In this document: piece after piece, positions 54,301 to 64,000 of the stretch
How the letters are laid out: every line of letters starts with the position of its first letter
Position numbering within the stretch: the stretch's first letter is position 1
Source of the DNA: Oculina patagonica
Taxonomy: Eukaryota
Direction of reading: 5' to 3'
Assembly (NCBI RefSeq): GCF_052425735.1
Contig: NC_135758.1
Coordinates: forward strand, 36,394,001 to 36,458,000
DNA length: 64,000 bases
The notes under the pieces: generated by a model
Databases searched by the model: none
What the model was told of the DNA's origin: nothing
Seen by the model: only the letters and a program-made list of their open reading frames with translations
Position numbers and translations under genes: made by a program

Positions 54301-57300
54301 AGTTAAACAAGTCTGCACTATGATTGGACAGACCGCTTGATCCGGAGTCCGGTGCACTAACCATTAGGCCAGAGCACCTCCCTCTCAATAATATTACAGT
54401 AGGACACTGGTAACCTGAACTCGGATAACTTGAACAACCCCGCTAACTTGAACTAACTTCTATTTCCCTTGGAACCACTTTTTAGTCATTTACTCTGTTA
54501 ACTCGAAAACCCCGCTAACTCAAACTGTTTTTTGTTTCCCTTCAGAGTTTGAGTTACTGGGGTTCAACTTTATACCTCAGTTTTCTTGAACTTCTTGATT
54601 TCTCAAGCCAATATCTATTTTCCTTGAAGGCTTGAGAAATCAGTATTCTATTTCAACTATAAGTTGATCAAGTGTATACTCCACACAACTAAATCAAAGT
54701 AATTCAGAAAATTTATACCAAAACTACTATCAGGTGTTCCTCTCCTTGGTCGTCTTGGAGTCGGATACAAGTCAGGAGCTGAAGGTCGTAACAGTTCCAT
54801 CATCATAACACCTTCATTCTCTGTTGTGTAACCAGCTTGTTCTAAAATGACTGGTTCTTCCAAATGAATCATTTCACTAGTAATTGTGTTCCTCTTGAAC
54901 AGTGGCATCTTATTAAGTCCAGGAAAGTATGAAATTGCCAGAAATATTACAACCAAAGCACATGTTAAAATTGCCAAAGATGAAATCCTTCGAAGAGTAA
55001 AATTCCACATGATGGCAATTGCTGACTTGAAACTAGCTACAACTGAGTACTGTGGAACATCTTCCCTTATCCATTAACATTTTGTTCAGAAAAAAAGGAA
55101 AAGTCCACAAAAAATTGTTCCCTCTTTGCAATGTGTTTTTTTTTAAACTTGAGATCATGAAAAACCAAGAATTCAATTCATCTTTCCTTAAGTAATTTGT
55201 TCCATGTGCTTTTCTTGGGACAAAAAAGAAAAACAATTCCCATGATTCCTTGTTCCATTGTTCCTTCCTGACCAATAACAACACAAGGCACCTGTACCAC
55301 CAGCAGTGTCAGCAAGTAACAGTTTTGTGGATCTCTACAAAAGTAATTAATTCCTTAACTCTCTAAAATATTTTGCAGTTATTCAAGTAGGTAGAACATG
55401 GAAATAAAATACTGGACCACTCAATGAATTAATATCTGAACTATCTTCTTAAAAGATAATTTGATAAAAATATGAAAATTATTGCAAGATTGAAGAAGAA
55501 AATTTTGTTTAAGCTGATCATCATTTCTAACTTTTGCATTTCATCACTGTATCAACATTGATATTAAAATGAAATACAATCATGTTATTCTTTTTATTAT
55601 CACATCTTTTAATGGTAGTATGTTAATGAATCTATTTATATAAAATCTATAAATTGCAACTGATTGACATTCAAACCCTGCTTTACTTGCTACAAATACC
55701 TGTAACCACAAGATGTTAACACAAACAAAAAAAAAACTGTTTCAATCTATTTCTAGCAAAACTGACACGCATTATTCTTAAGAGCAAATTTCTCTGTATT
55801 TATCTCATTTATAATTTAAAATTCCTCATGAAAATAAGTATCAGATTATCTTTTCAAAGTGAAAAAAGTATATTCAAATAATAATTTAATATATTTTTTT
55901 GAAAAAAATTACCCAACATTTTTGGTAAAATAAATTACCACCTGCTCATTTTAACAAGTTAACAGGAAAGATTTAAATATTTAATTTACACTGAGTAATT
56001 CACAAGCCATTTGACTCTCAATATATGGAATTTTATTACAAATTTATAGTAATAATTACTGCTATAAAGAATTAATAAATTTTACAAGTGACCAACATTT
56101 AGTCTTTATGCACATCAAGTGCTAATAATATTATTCTTTCCATCAATTTTTGGCTTGAAAAAAATCTATTTTTAAGCAAATCATTGACAACTGTACATTC
56201 TTTCTACTATTTCTCCCAACATGACATAATAAATCTATGTGTTCTGTGTTTTTTTTTTTTAATATCTTACTAATTTTTCATGTACTAAATGGTTGATACA
56301 AGTTAGAACCCTTCTGGACAGAAAGAATCCAATCCAAATTCTGCTGCAGAGTTTTTTTTTTCATGGAAGGGATTTCTTCTTTAGATCATAACAGTGCTCG
56401 ACACTAACGCTAGTACACTAGCCAAGGACTAGTAAAACTTCATGCTTGGCTAGTGAAAGTACGCTTCTACTAGCCCCTAGACTAGTTGGCTTCGTGGACA
56501 AATAAATTAACTACAACTCTATAACTTGGGAAGTATTTCTCCTAGAAACCATCATCAGGATCTAGTTTCCATAGCTTGAGCAATTTAAAACCAGAGGGCT
56601 TTCGATCCATCTCGTATCGTATGGGTTTTACGATTGACTCGCAAATGCAAACCTGACGCCATCTTGGAAAAGGCTCTCCGTCCTCGCTTCCATGTCACTC
56701 ACAAGGGACCTGGGTGAGAGCCAACAAAGGTCCACCATCTTGGATGTTTTCGCGCGAGCAGTCACTGTGTCACCGCAAGCATGAAGGAGATTTCAAGCTT
56801 TTTGCAACGACCTCCAAGGGCCGATAATCCTGATCCAGATTGTTCACCAAAGGACCACACACATCATGAAGAGAAAAAGAAGTGCGATCAGCGGTCAAGA
56901 AATTTTCAACCGAGTTGGAAGAAAGCATATCCGTTGCTGCGATTCAATGGAGGACTCTGAGAGTTTAGCTGAGGGATAAGCTGATGAAGCTGATTCAAAC
57001 TCGGTTTTCTAATTTTATTTGTTTTTGGGAGGGGGGTGGCTAGTGACTTGTCCTTTTGGGCTAGTGATTATTTGAACTTACTAGCCCATGGCCTAGTATC
57101 AAAAAAAGTTAGTGTCAAGCACTGCATAAATTAACAAGTATACATGAAAAACTCATGTTCAGAGTAAAATGGTACATGTACAATAGAGTTGCTGCAAAAC
57201 AGTCATATATTTTCAAACTAACTTGCACGGTCTTTAAACTAAAGGTTTGAAGCAAGTGTTAAAGCTGATTTCCAGTCCGTACTGCGCAGACTCGGGGTTT

Positions 57301-59902
57301 GTTTTCGTTTTTGTTTTGAATTCGTTGAAACGTTACACTTCGGTGACAGCATACATGAAGTTTTTTAGTCCGCCATTACAGTTCGTTTCGTTCAAGGATT
57401 TCCGATGAGCTGAAAGGTCGGTTTGAAATAGCGTCAAGGTTCTTCTACTCGTTATTATTTGTTCTGCAAGGATATCTGGCGTTAATAATGAAGAAAAAGG
57501 TAAGTTTGTCGCGGAAATTTAAGTTTTGCTTGTAAACATTCCTTCGTGGTGGGCTCAAATAAACATTGCAGCCGAGATTGCGCAGTACGGACTGAAATTC
57601 ATCTTTAAAACAGAGACTGAGGTATTTTAAATTTGTCATATTTTGTAATCCCACTTTTCTGCATGAAAATACAAATTGATTTCCTCTCCAGAAATTGTCT
57701 TGAATTACCACAACAAGATTTTTGTTCAGTATAACAAGTGAGTTGGTACCAGGGGCATGCCTCCCCAAATAATGTAATTTTCTCCAAATGATTCCCATTT
57801 GGTGAGGAGCTTTTATTAGTTGTGACCTTCAGGAATGGAGCAAAGACTTCAAAGCTATTATATAAAAAAATCTCGATGATTTGGTAAGTGCAGAATGCAA
57901 TATGGAACAATTGAAAGTATGTTGTTTTATATATGTTCGTGTTTATTTGCTTTATTTTACTTTCGGAAAAACTGTTCACAGGCTACTTGTATTCTTTCCC
58001 AGGTGTTCCTTACGCTAATCTTTGCAAACGTAACACGACACTTTTGTTCGTTTGTAACAAAATACTTTTGTCTTCCTTGAAAATGCGATAACATGAAACT
58101 TTTGTTTTTTGTTTGTTTTACGGCGGCATCGATGACATTTGTTTAATTTAATTAAGTTACGGTTTAGACTGCACGAAAGACGATTCTCAAAAACTAAAGA
58201 AACAAATCTAATCAAAAAACATATTTTTCGACAGGTTTTTTAAAACGTAGTACAGCTAGGATATTTGTTTCCTGGTTATCAGGTGTTCACGCCGAAAATC
58301 CCGGTGCAAGTTTTTGCATACCTAATTACGAAAGCGCCGTGAAAGTCTCAAAATCTAATTTAATTAATTTGCGGTTTTTACTTGGCGCCAAGAAGTCTGC
58401 AGGAAGCCTACCGCAAACACGCAATACAAGCGATGTTCATGATAGTTCCAGAAAACAACGTAGACTAATCTGCGCATGCGTTTGGTGTAAATTACGTTGA
58501 GTAGTACCACAAGGAGAGCAAAGGGTTTTCTGAAACAAATATATACGTTTGAGATCTTCATATGAAAGTAACGTAGATGTGCTCCAGGTTTTACCTAGGG
58601 GTACGGTCAGGTGCTCCCCACCCCCACCCCCTCCACAAGGAATAATTAATTAATTGATATTAATTAATTAATTGGCGATTAAAAGTTTACACCGCGTTAG
58701 CGGTCTAGGGGTTTAGCAACCGCCAACCCACCAAACCATCACAATAGTGCATTCTGCACTAAAAATCAATATCTTCAAACATGACGACACCTACTTTCGT
58801 CTTCCTCCATGAGGTGAGGGTGTGATTCTGGTGTTGGTTGTCCGATAGTCTTTGACTTGTCGCCAACAAACCTGAGGCCTCTTTCACTGAGGGATTTTAA
58901 ATTTTCTACAAAAAATAATGAGATTGGAATATAGTATGGACCTTTCTTTGAGTTAGTCATGCAGGTGTGATAATTCGCCAAAGCATAAATAATAGCAGGA
59001 AGTAACCTCATTCCCAGGATCTCACAGACTTCTTCCTTTTTTCCTGGAAACAAGGGATGAGAAGAGGAGGCCCCCATTCTCTTCCCTCTCCTAACCTCAT
59101 TATTATAACTTATTCCAAACCTCTTCCTTGCTCTCTGACATTTAATACCACAGCCCATCTAATAGCCACTGTTATCAATGTCAGCCCACTCCCTCCCCCT
59201 TGGTCTGAAGGAACTCAAAGTCATTTCTGAACTTAGGAGTTGCGCTGTTGGCATCTTTTGATCAGAAGGAGTTTGAAAAAAGTGACTTTTTTCTTAAGGG
59301 AGTAAAGAGACATTGGGTAGGAACTGAGTGGCTTCTTGTGGAGGAGGAAGGAATTTTTGTTGACTATAGGATGGTGTGGAAATAAAATGGAATAGCCCCT
59401 ATTGTTTTTGTTTGCCTTGGCAACCTCTGAGAATTTGTTTCATAATGGTGATGCATCTGTTGTAGCTGAAAATGTTTTTGAGGTCAAAATGATTTACAAG
59501 GTAAACTTTGTTTGATTCATATTTTAAGGATAATTTTTGGTAATAAATCTGGAACAAAGGATCATTGAAATCAAACTTAAGTTTGAAATCATTTTGACCT
59601 GAAAGTCATTTTCATCCACAACAACTCCCGTTATAGCGGACACGCTCGGGGTGCCGTTTGGTGTCCGTAATAGCGAGAGTCCGTAATAGCGGGAGTCATT
59701 TCCAGTCAAACCTCTTTCCCTGGGGATCTGGATTTTGTCCGTAATAGCGAGTGTCCGTAATAGCGGGGTGTCCGCAAGGCGAGAGTTGACTCCACTAACA
59801 GATCTTGATGAAGTGTGGAAAGTGGATGGAGGACAATAGCCAAAGTTGGGGGATATTGAATTCCCATTCGGGCCGCCAGGTGGGGGCACTCCCATTTATG
59901 AT

Positions 59903-59944
<42 letters not shown>

Positions 59945-61733
59945 AGTTAAGTCTGAGATAGGGTATAGAAATCAGAAAGTTTTGGTCTAGAAAAGGGTAG
60001 CATTTGCCGGGAAACTGATCGGTGGTATGACAAATTAAGTCCAGAGTAGGAATAGAAACTCAGAAGAGAAAGAGGCTTTCCTAAACGTAAATTAAATCAT
60101 TGCAGCATCGTTGTTGACAGATGGTTTTCCATTAATACACTGATAATGATACAGTTCTAAATGATACAAGTCTGGGATAGGGTAGGGAATTTCGGTGTCT
60201 AGTCTAATATTGGGTTGCAAAATACGCTGAACATGGTCTGGTATAGGGTATAAGGGTTTCAAATTCCCAGCGGCTCACCCCCACCCAAAAATATACAGGG
60301 TGCCCCCCCCCCCCCGTTCGGGTCCCCACCTATTTCACCTTTTTACCCTGGGATCTCTCCTTGTCTGCCACTGCCATTATGGACCATTATGCACAGTGGC
60401 ATTCATTAGGCTCAATGGGCGATTCCAGAAAATATCCGTACCATACCACGGACGGCTTTTTGGAAATCCGAGGGCAAGGGGGGGTTCATTGAACTGGAAT
60501 TCCGAAGGCATGGGGGGATACTTACGATTGGAAATTCCAAAGGCATGGGGAGTTCCAGGTCTTGGATTTCCAGAGGAGAAAACAAGAGTGTGATCCTTGA
60601 AAATGCTTATTTTTGTGGACTACCAAGTCGCAAATAAAGCCCGAACTGACGACCGCGTAGCGGAAGCAGGATACAAGACAAGTATCGATCGATCAGGCAT
60701 GTGTTTGCGTTCATTTACAAAAGAAAATCGCTAAAATGTGGGTTCTACATCAATCTTCAGATGCCTTAACATTGATGAACTGCTTCATTCGCTCTTTGTT
60801 TTCTTGTCAAAGCGGATCCACAAATATTAAGTCCATTAATTCAGTGGGAAACTCTTTTGCTACGCTTCGAGACGCCATTTTAAAGCATGTGGGTTGGGAG
60901 CAACTGCTGACCGTGAAGGCTCAAATCCAAGATGGCGGATACGTCAGTGCACTCGATCGTATTATCTTCCGCGTTTACACACGTGCATCACACGATATTC
61001 TTATTTTAATGTTCTGCACCAGTTTAGGGCAATGTAAAATTAATGTAGGTTGTATCTGTTGAACAAGGGTAAGGAGAAAAGTCTTATTTTTTTTACATTT
61101 TCATCCCAGAATTTCTTGAGTCATAATGACTGTCGCTATGTACAGATCGAGTCATTTGAAATAATTTGATGTAAAATACGCCACATTGGGCGTATTTGCG
61201 AACCCTGACGGGAATTCTAAAGAGCTTGACTAAAAAATGAAAAATCTGAACGGGAGGGGGGGTTAATGATTATGGAATTCCGAGGGCATGGGGGGATAAC
61301 GCATTTTGGAATTTCCGAAGGCAAGGGGGGCTAAAATATGGAAGCCGTCCGTGGTATGGTACGGATATTTTCTGGAATCGCCCAATTACAAAAAGAGATC
61401 TCAAGGTATATGAAGAACTTGTACGATGAGATAAAGTAAGTTTTTACCTTCATTGGAACACGGTTGTACTCCAGCAATGCCGCTCAGGGTGCTTTCTGTT
61501 CGCATCCGAGATGTTGACCAACATGCGGCGAGAGGTGGCCGACTTTTCCATCTCGTAAACTTTGTTCCATGGATGTACCTAATACGAACTATTAGAATAT
61601 TAGCTTAAAATCAACACAAAACAATTCTCCCTGTCATACTTCTTTCAAACTCACCAAATGTCCGTGAATTCGTCTTCAAAACAAGAGTTAGTTTTGGTAT
61701 TCGCGCAGCAAAGTGTTTCACCTCAGCCGCCAT
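42364..61733 (-). CDS. XPNPEP3: Xaa-Pro aminopeptidase 3 (Icp55-like, M24B), 16 exons, about 514 aa
   Basis: Exons: 61655-61733, 58795-58905, 53735-53789, 53518-53610, 53217-53290, 52788-52857, 52374-52437, 52059-52099, 51272-51384, 50946-51055, 50142-50305, 49796-49946, 49356-49428, 47814-47860, 43715-43875, 42364-42502; all in phase. Motifs [82 protein letters not shown]. The basic N-terminus resembles a mitochondrial presequence. Confidence 0.93.
43062..43497. mobile_element. MITE with long TIRs; a second MITE lies next to it at about 43509-43708
   Basis: Inverted TGTTACACGGGACAACTTGCAACAACGATTTTTCGCGCAA; the second element has ATGGG.CC....GCAGCT.ATGGTCACATGGT inverted ends. Confidence 0.75.
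43942..44285 (+). mobile_element. 5'-truncated Penelope-like element (GIY-YIG C-terminus plus 3' region)
   Basis: Frame reads [30 protein letters not shown]; contains a hammerhead motif; 13-bp TSD AGAGTAATCAACA at 43929-43941 and 44286-44298. Confidence 0.85.
44184..44225 (+). ncRNA. Minimal type I hammerhead ribozyme
   Basis: GCCC-CTGATGA-A-GGTTG(gttttgtt)CAACC-GAAA-TA-TT-GGGC: helix I GCCC/GGGC, intact core, helix II, and palindromic AATATT in place of helix III. Confidence 0.8.
44895..45006. repeat. Purine-rich minisatellite, variants of AAATAGAATGG
   Basis: Direct tandem units visible. Confidence 0.75.
45871..45980. repeat. About four 27-28-bp tandem repeats upstream of the nested gene
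   Basis: ATCGTGAAAAAAGGCACGCGATGAAAA units. Confidence 0.8.
46083..46934 (+). CDS. Nested intronless type I membrane protein: signal peptide, Cys-rich repeats, TM helix, Pro-rich PPPY tail (Shisa/CYYR1/WBP1-like architecture)
   Basis: 283-aa ORF with a hydrophobic signal ([15 protein letters not shown]), five C-x-x-D/K-S-D/G-C...CC...C repeats, [22 protein letters not shown], and EQPPPYT. It lies antisense within XPNPEP3 intron 43876-47813. Confidence 0.85.
   Translation: MAAFSFATFFKHTALVALIAFLFVAVSDGCTFKSDCEENQVCCNYGCVDGSNCIGHGCVTDSGCYIGESCCYGKCVDGSRCCSSDSDCSSWETCCSHSCVVASSCFGRYCSSDSDCSGSESCCSSVCIDELDCSGYSCSKDSDCGNKAKHCCDGQCSNKGCHDTAATIGIIIGVICLISMCIVAIGRCLRSGQRGTATTVPTTGAIQSNPPHQGQVPPSDSYQQGYPHHPPQQQHTTNLPPHNPEVTTASEQPPPYTAAPQGVSGGVYAPKPSYGAIPLARPV
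47934..48205 (+). mobile_element. tRNA-derived SINE, copy 2
   Basis: GGCGCAGTGGTGAGAGC / GGTTCGATTCC boxes, V-like core and an (ATTTAC)-like tail. Confidence 0.85.
48213..48967. mobile_element. MITE interrupted by a Tc1/mariner-type MITE (48472-48936)
   Basis: Outer TIR TAGAGC.GTTTTCA.TTGAGTGTCG, with an uninterrupted copy at 47409-47682; inner TIR CCTTATTATAGGAAATTAAC with TA TSD. Confidence 0.85.
50036..50120 (+). mobile_element. tRNA-like SINE head fragment
   Basis: GTGGTCGAGTGGTTAGAGTGCTGGACT...GGTTAGAGTCC; degenerate B box, no proper acceptor stem. Confidence 0.6.
54719..55010 (-). CDS. Candidate alternative first coding exon of XPNPEP3 encoding a type II signal anchor and stem
   Basis: [35 protein letters not shown]-stem...TPDSSF ends at a G|GTATAA donor in phase 1, matching the phase-1 acceptor of exon 53735-53789. 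Confidence 0.5.
56392..57124. mobile_element. hAT-like MITE with 5-bp TSD
   Basis: TIR CAGTGCTCGACACTAAC / GTTAGTGTCAAGCACTG; TSD CATAA; subterminal CTAG repeats. Confidence 0.8.
57272..57594. mobile_element. MITE
   Basis: TIR CAGTCCGTACTGCGCA..CTCGG; TSD unclear. Confidence 0.65.
59878..60315. mobile_element. Non-autonomous element, copy 2 of the 487-915 family
   Basis: Colinear similarity with 487-915. Confidence 0.6.
60417..61383. mobile_element. 967-bp MITE with 42-bp TIR
   Basis: TIR GGGCGATTCCAGAAAATATCCGTACCATACCACGGACGGCTT; AAT on both flanks. Confidence 0.88.
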
Positions 61734-62084
61734 TATTTTGATGTTTTTTCCAGGTCCCGCTCCTTCCGTACGATCGTGGCTTCCGGATATGGGCCGAAAG
61801 TTGACGGCCAATATCCGAAGTGCTCCCGACCTCTAACGAAAGCACAGGGAGAGGAGATAGCACAGGGAGCCGGAGAGGAGCTCAGTAACTAATCAATCAA
61901 TATCAAAGGCTCTTCGAGCAACCTCATGGTAATTCGATGAATGAAGTGCCGACCTCCGCATTTTTTCTAAATAAGTGTCCAATAAAGTAAAACAATCTCA
62001 CTTTGCTTTATTTTTCCACGTGAGTTGCGTCATTGATGGCTCGTGCTCGCAGGGGTCGTAGCGCTATTCAGTTTTCACAACCAA

Positions 62085-63860
62085 AATATTTACCGGTTAG
62101 TGTATTACCTTTGATCCTTTTAAGCATTAAGTAAATTTGTTTTGTGAATATGTTTACTTTTCTGTCAGCACGTATAGCGTTATTTTTGAGCAGCGGAAAA
62201 AATTTGAGAGAAAAGATACGCCCGAACACTTCGTGTATCTGCTCGACTCCAAAAGATGAATCAAAGTCTCTTCGAGATACCGACTTTTTTGCATGAAGTA
62301 TGAGTCGAAGGTTTATCCTGTGCATTGTTCTTCGAACTTATTATTACAGTTGCTTTGTAGTTTAGTTTAACAATTTCCTATCTTCGCGGAGGAAATGCAG
62401 CCATATAATTTTATCAAAAATGGCTCGTCTGCGCCGGGTATTTATACACATATTTCTCAACATTACACAAATAAACAGTGCAAATTTCACCGAGATCTGA
62501 CAATTCTATACTTTAAAATTGCAAGGACCTTTCGAGGCAGTCGATTACGGCAGCGAAATTAGCAAATGAAACAACAAAATATGCGTTCGACGCTTTGTTT
62601 TTGCGACGAAAAAGCACGAACAAAAATACAGATATTTCCGACTACTGTCGGAGAAAACATTGCGCATATAATTGCGGCGTAAACAAATCGATACACTCAA
62701 GCTGCGTTTTGTCTAGGCTCTGCGAGGGTCGGATATCAAGACAGCTTCTTCGCGCGTGGGCTTAAGAAGGATTTAACAAAAGCCATATATACAATGAATG
62801 CTTTCGAATTATATTTGAAGATGAAATACGAAAGAATTTTGCTGTCTTTGACTGAAATTCCACTCGAACTGCGTCGATAAGATCGCATGTTGTAAAGCCG
62901 ATTCATGCAACATTGCTGTCAACGAGAGGTCACGCCCCTAACGACCTAGGCTGATGACGAAATAGAATGGCGCTTGTAGCGACCAAATTTGGCCTAATTT
63001 TTAACCGCTCCTAAGCTAAAAGAAGCCCCCATCTCTTGCATTTGTTTTAACTTCAAAAATATCTTTGAAAAGAGCGAGTTTTTTTGGTATGGTTTATTTT
63101 TGACGTTTGTAATTTTTTAAACGATGTAAGTGCTAGTGATTATTTATTCGTGTTTTAGCGTTAGTTACGCAATCCATTGTTTGTGCGACGCTTTTTATAG
63201 ATCGCCTTTCAGACACACGTGCGTTGAGATAAGAAAGCTGACATGTCACTTTTAAAATTGTTATATAACGTTTGTAAATGTGACAAGTCACGTTTTTTCC
63301 ACGAGATCGCAAGTGATCACCCACAGCTGAAAGTAATCCCTTGAGAAATTAAAACAGTCCCTTGAGAAATTAAAAAAAATCCCTTGAGAGTTTACAAGAA
63401 TGTGAAATTTTCCCTAACATAACTGTTATTCTCCTACTTTCGCTTGTAAGCAAGCAGAAAAGTCGAAAAAACGGATGACGTGACACGAGGTGACGTGACG
63501 CGAAACAAAAACGTGCCGTGGATGTTGTGTTGACTAAAACACGTCACAAGGCGAGCGTAATAATTTTTTATAACAGTTTAAGCGTAACTATATGTAGTTC
63601 ATAGCGCGAATTCCGTATTTTATCACAAAAATATTTAAGTGTAACCTTTGATCCTTTTTAGCATTAAGTAAATTTGTTTTGTTAATATGTTTACTTTTCT
63701 GCCAGCACGTATAGCGTTATTTTTAGCAGCGAATAAAATTTGAGGGAGAGATGCGCGTTTCTGCACGACTCAAAAAGATCAAGAACGGATGACGTGACAC
63801 GAAGATGATGTGACGCGAAACAAAAACGTGCATGAATGTTGTGTTCACTAAAACGCGTCT
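62085..63860. repeat. Local direct duplications upstream of XPNPEP3
   Basis: 62085-62260 resembles 63625-63780; 63470-63545 resembles 63785-63860. Confidence 0.7.
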
Positions 63861-64000
63861 TTGAATGTTTTCTTACGTGAATGGGTCATTGATAGCCTAT
63901 GCTCTGAGGCTTCGTTGAGCGAATTCTATTCTCTTTTATCACCAGAGGATAAGTGTAAATGATCCTCTTTCTATTTGTTTTGTGAAATTCTATTTAGTTC

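Noticed and set aside
58906-59400. 5' part of the 127-aa ORF 58775-59158 as coding sequence
   Set aside because: Only 58795-58905 fits the XPNPEP3 splice phase and homology; the rest is intron read-through.

Overview
AT-rich, intron-containing animal genomic DNA, most likely a scleractinian coral or other anthozoan (inferred from repeat content and gene style, not verified). Gene order, with exons hand-spliced and phases checked: RPS18 (+, 6 exons), WDR46/UTP7 (-, 15 exons), an intronless endophilin-A-like gene (+), a single replication-dependent histone quintet H1(-)/H3(-)/H4(+)/H2A(-)/H2B(+), an ANKRD45-like gene (-), and XPNPEP3/aminopeptidase P3 (-, 16 exons). An intronless Cys-rich TM PPxY gene is nested antisense in an XPNPEP3 intron. 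Introns and spacers carry many non-autonomous transposons with visible TIRs and TSDs (Harbinger-like, hAT-like, Tc1-like, and 7- and 9-bp-TSD types), tRNA-derived SINEs, an RTE fragment and a Penelope fragment. Best leads: (1) an in-phase candidate alternative first exon that would replace the XPNPEP3 mitochondrial presequence with a type II membrane anchor; (2) a Penelope remnant with an intact minimal hammerhead ribozyme, plus two other retro-insertions that also have exactly 13-bp TSDs; (3) a variant histone 3' stem-loop (C-G closing pair, UUUA loop) identical in all five histone genes, with a shared downstream motif that predicts the U7 guide; (4) convergent RPS18-WDR46 microsynteny as in the vertebrate extended MHC; (5) a 3.9-kb element inserted 51 bp upstream of the WDR46 ATG.
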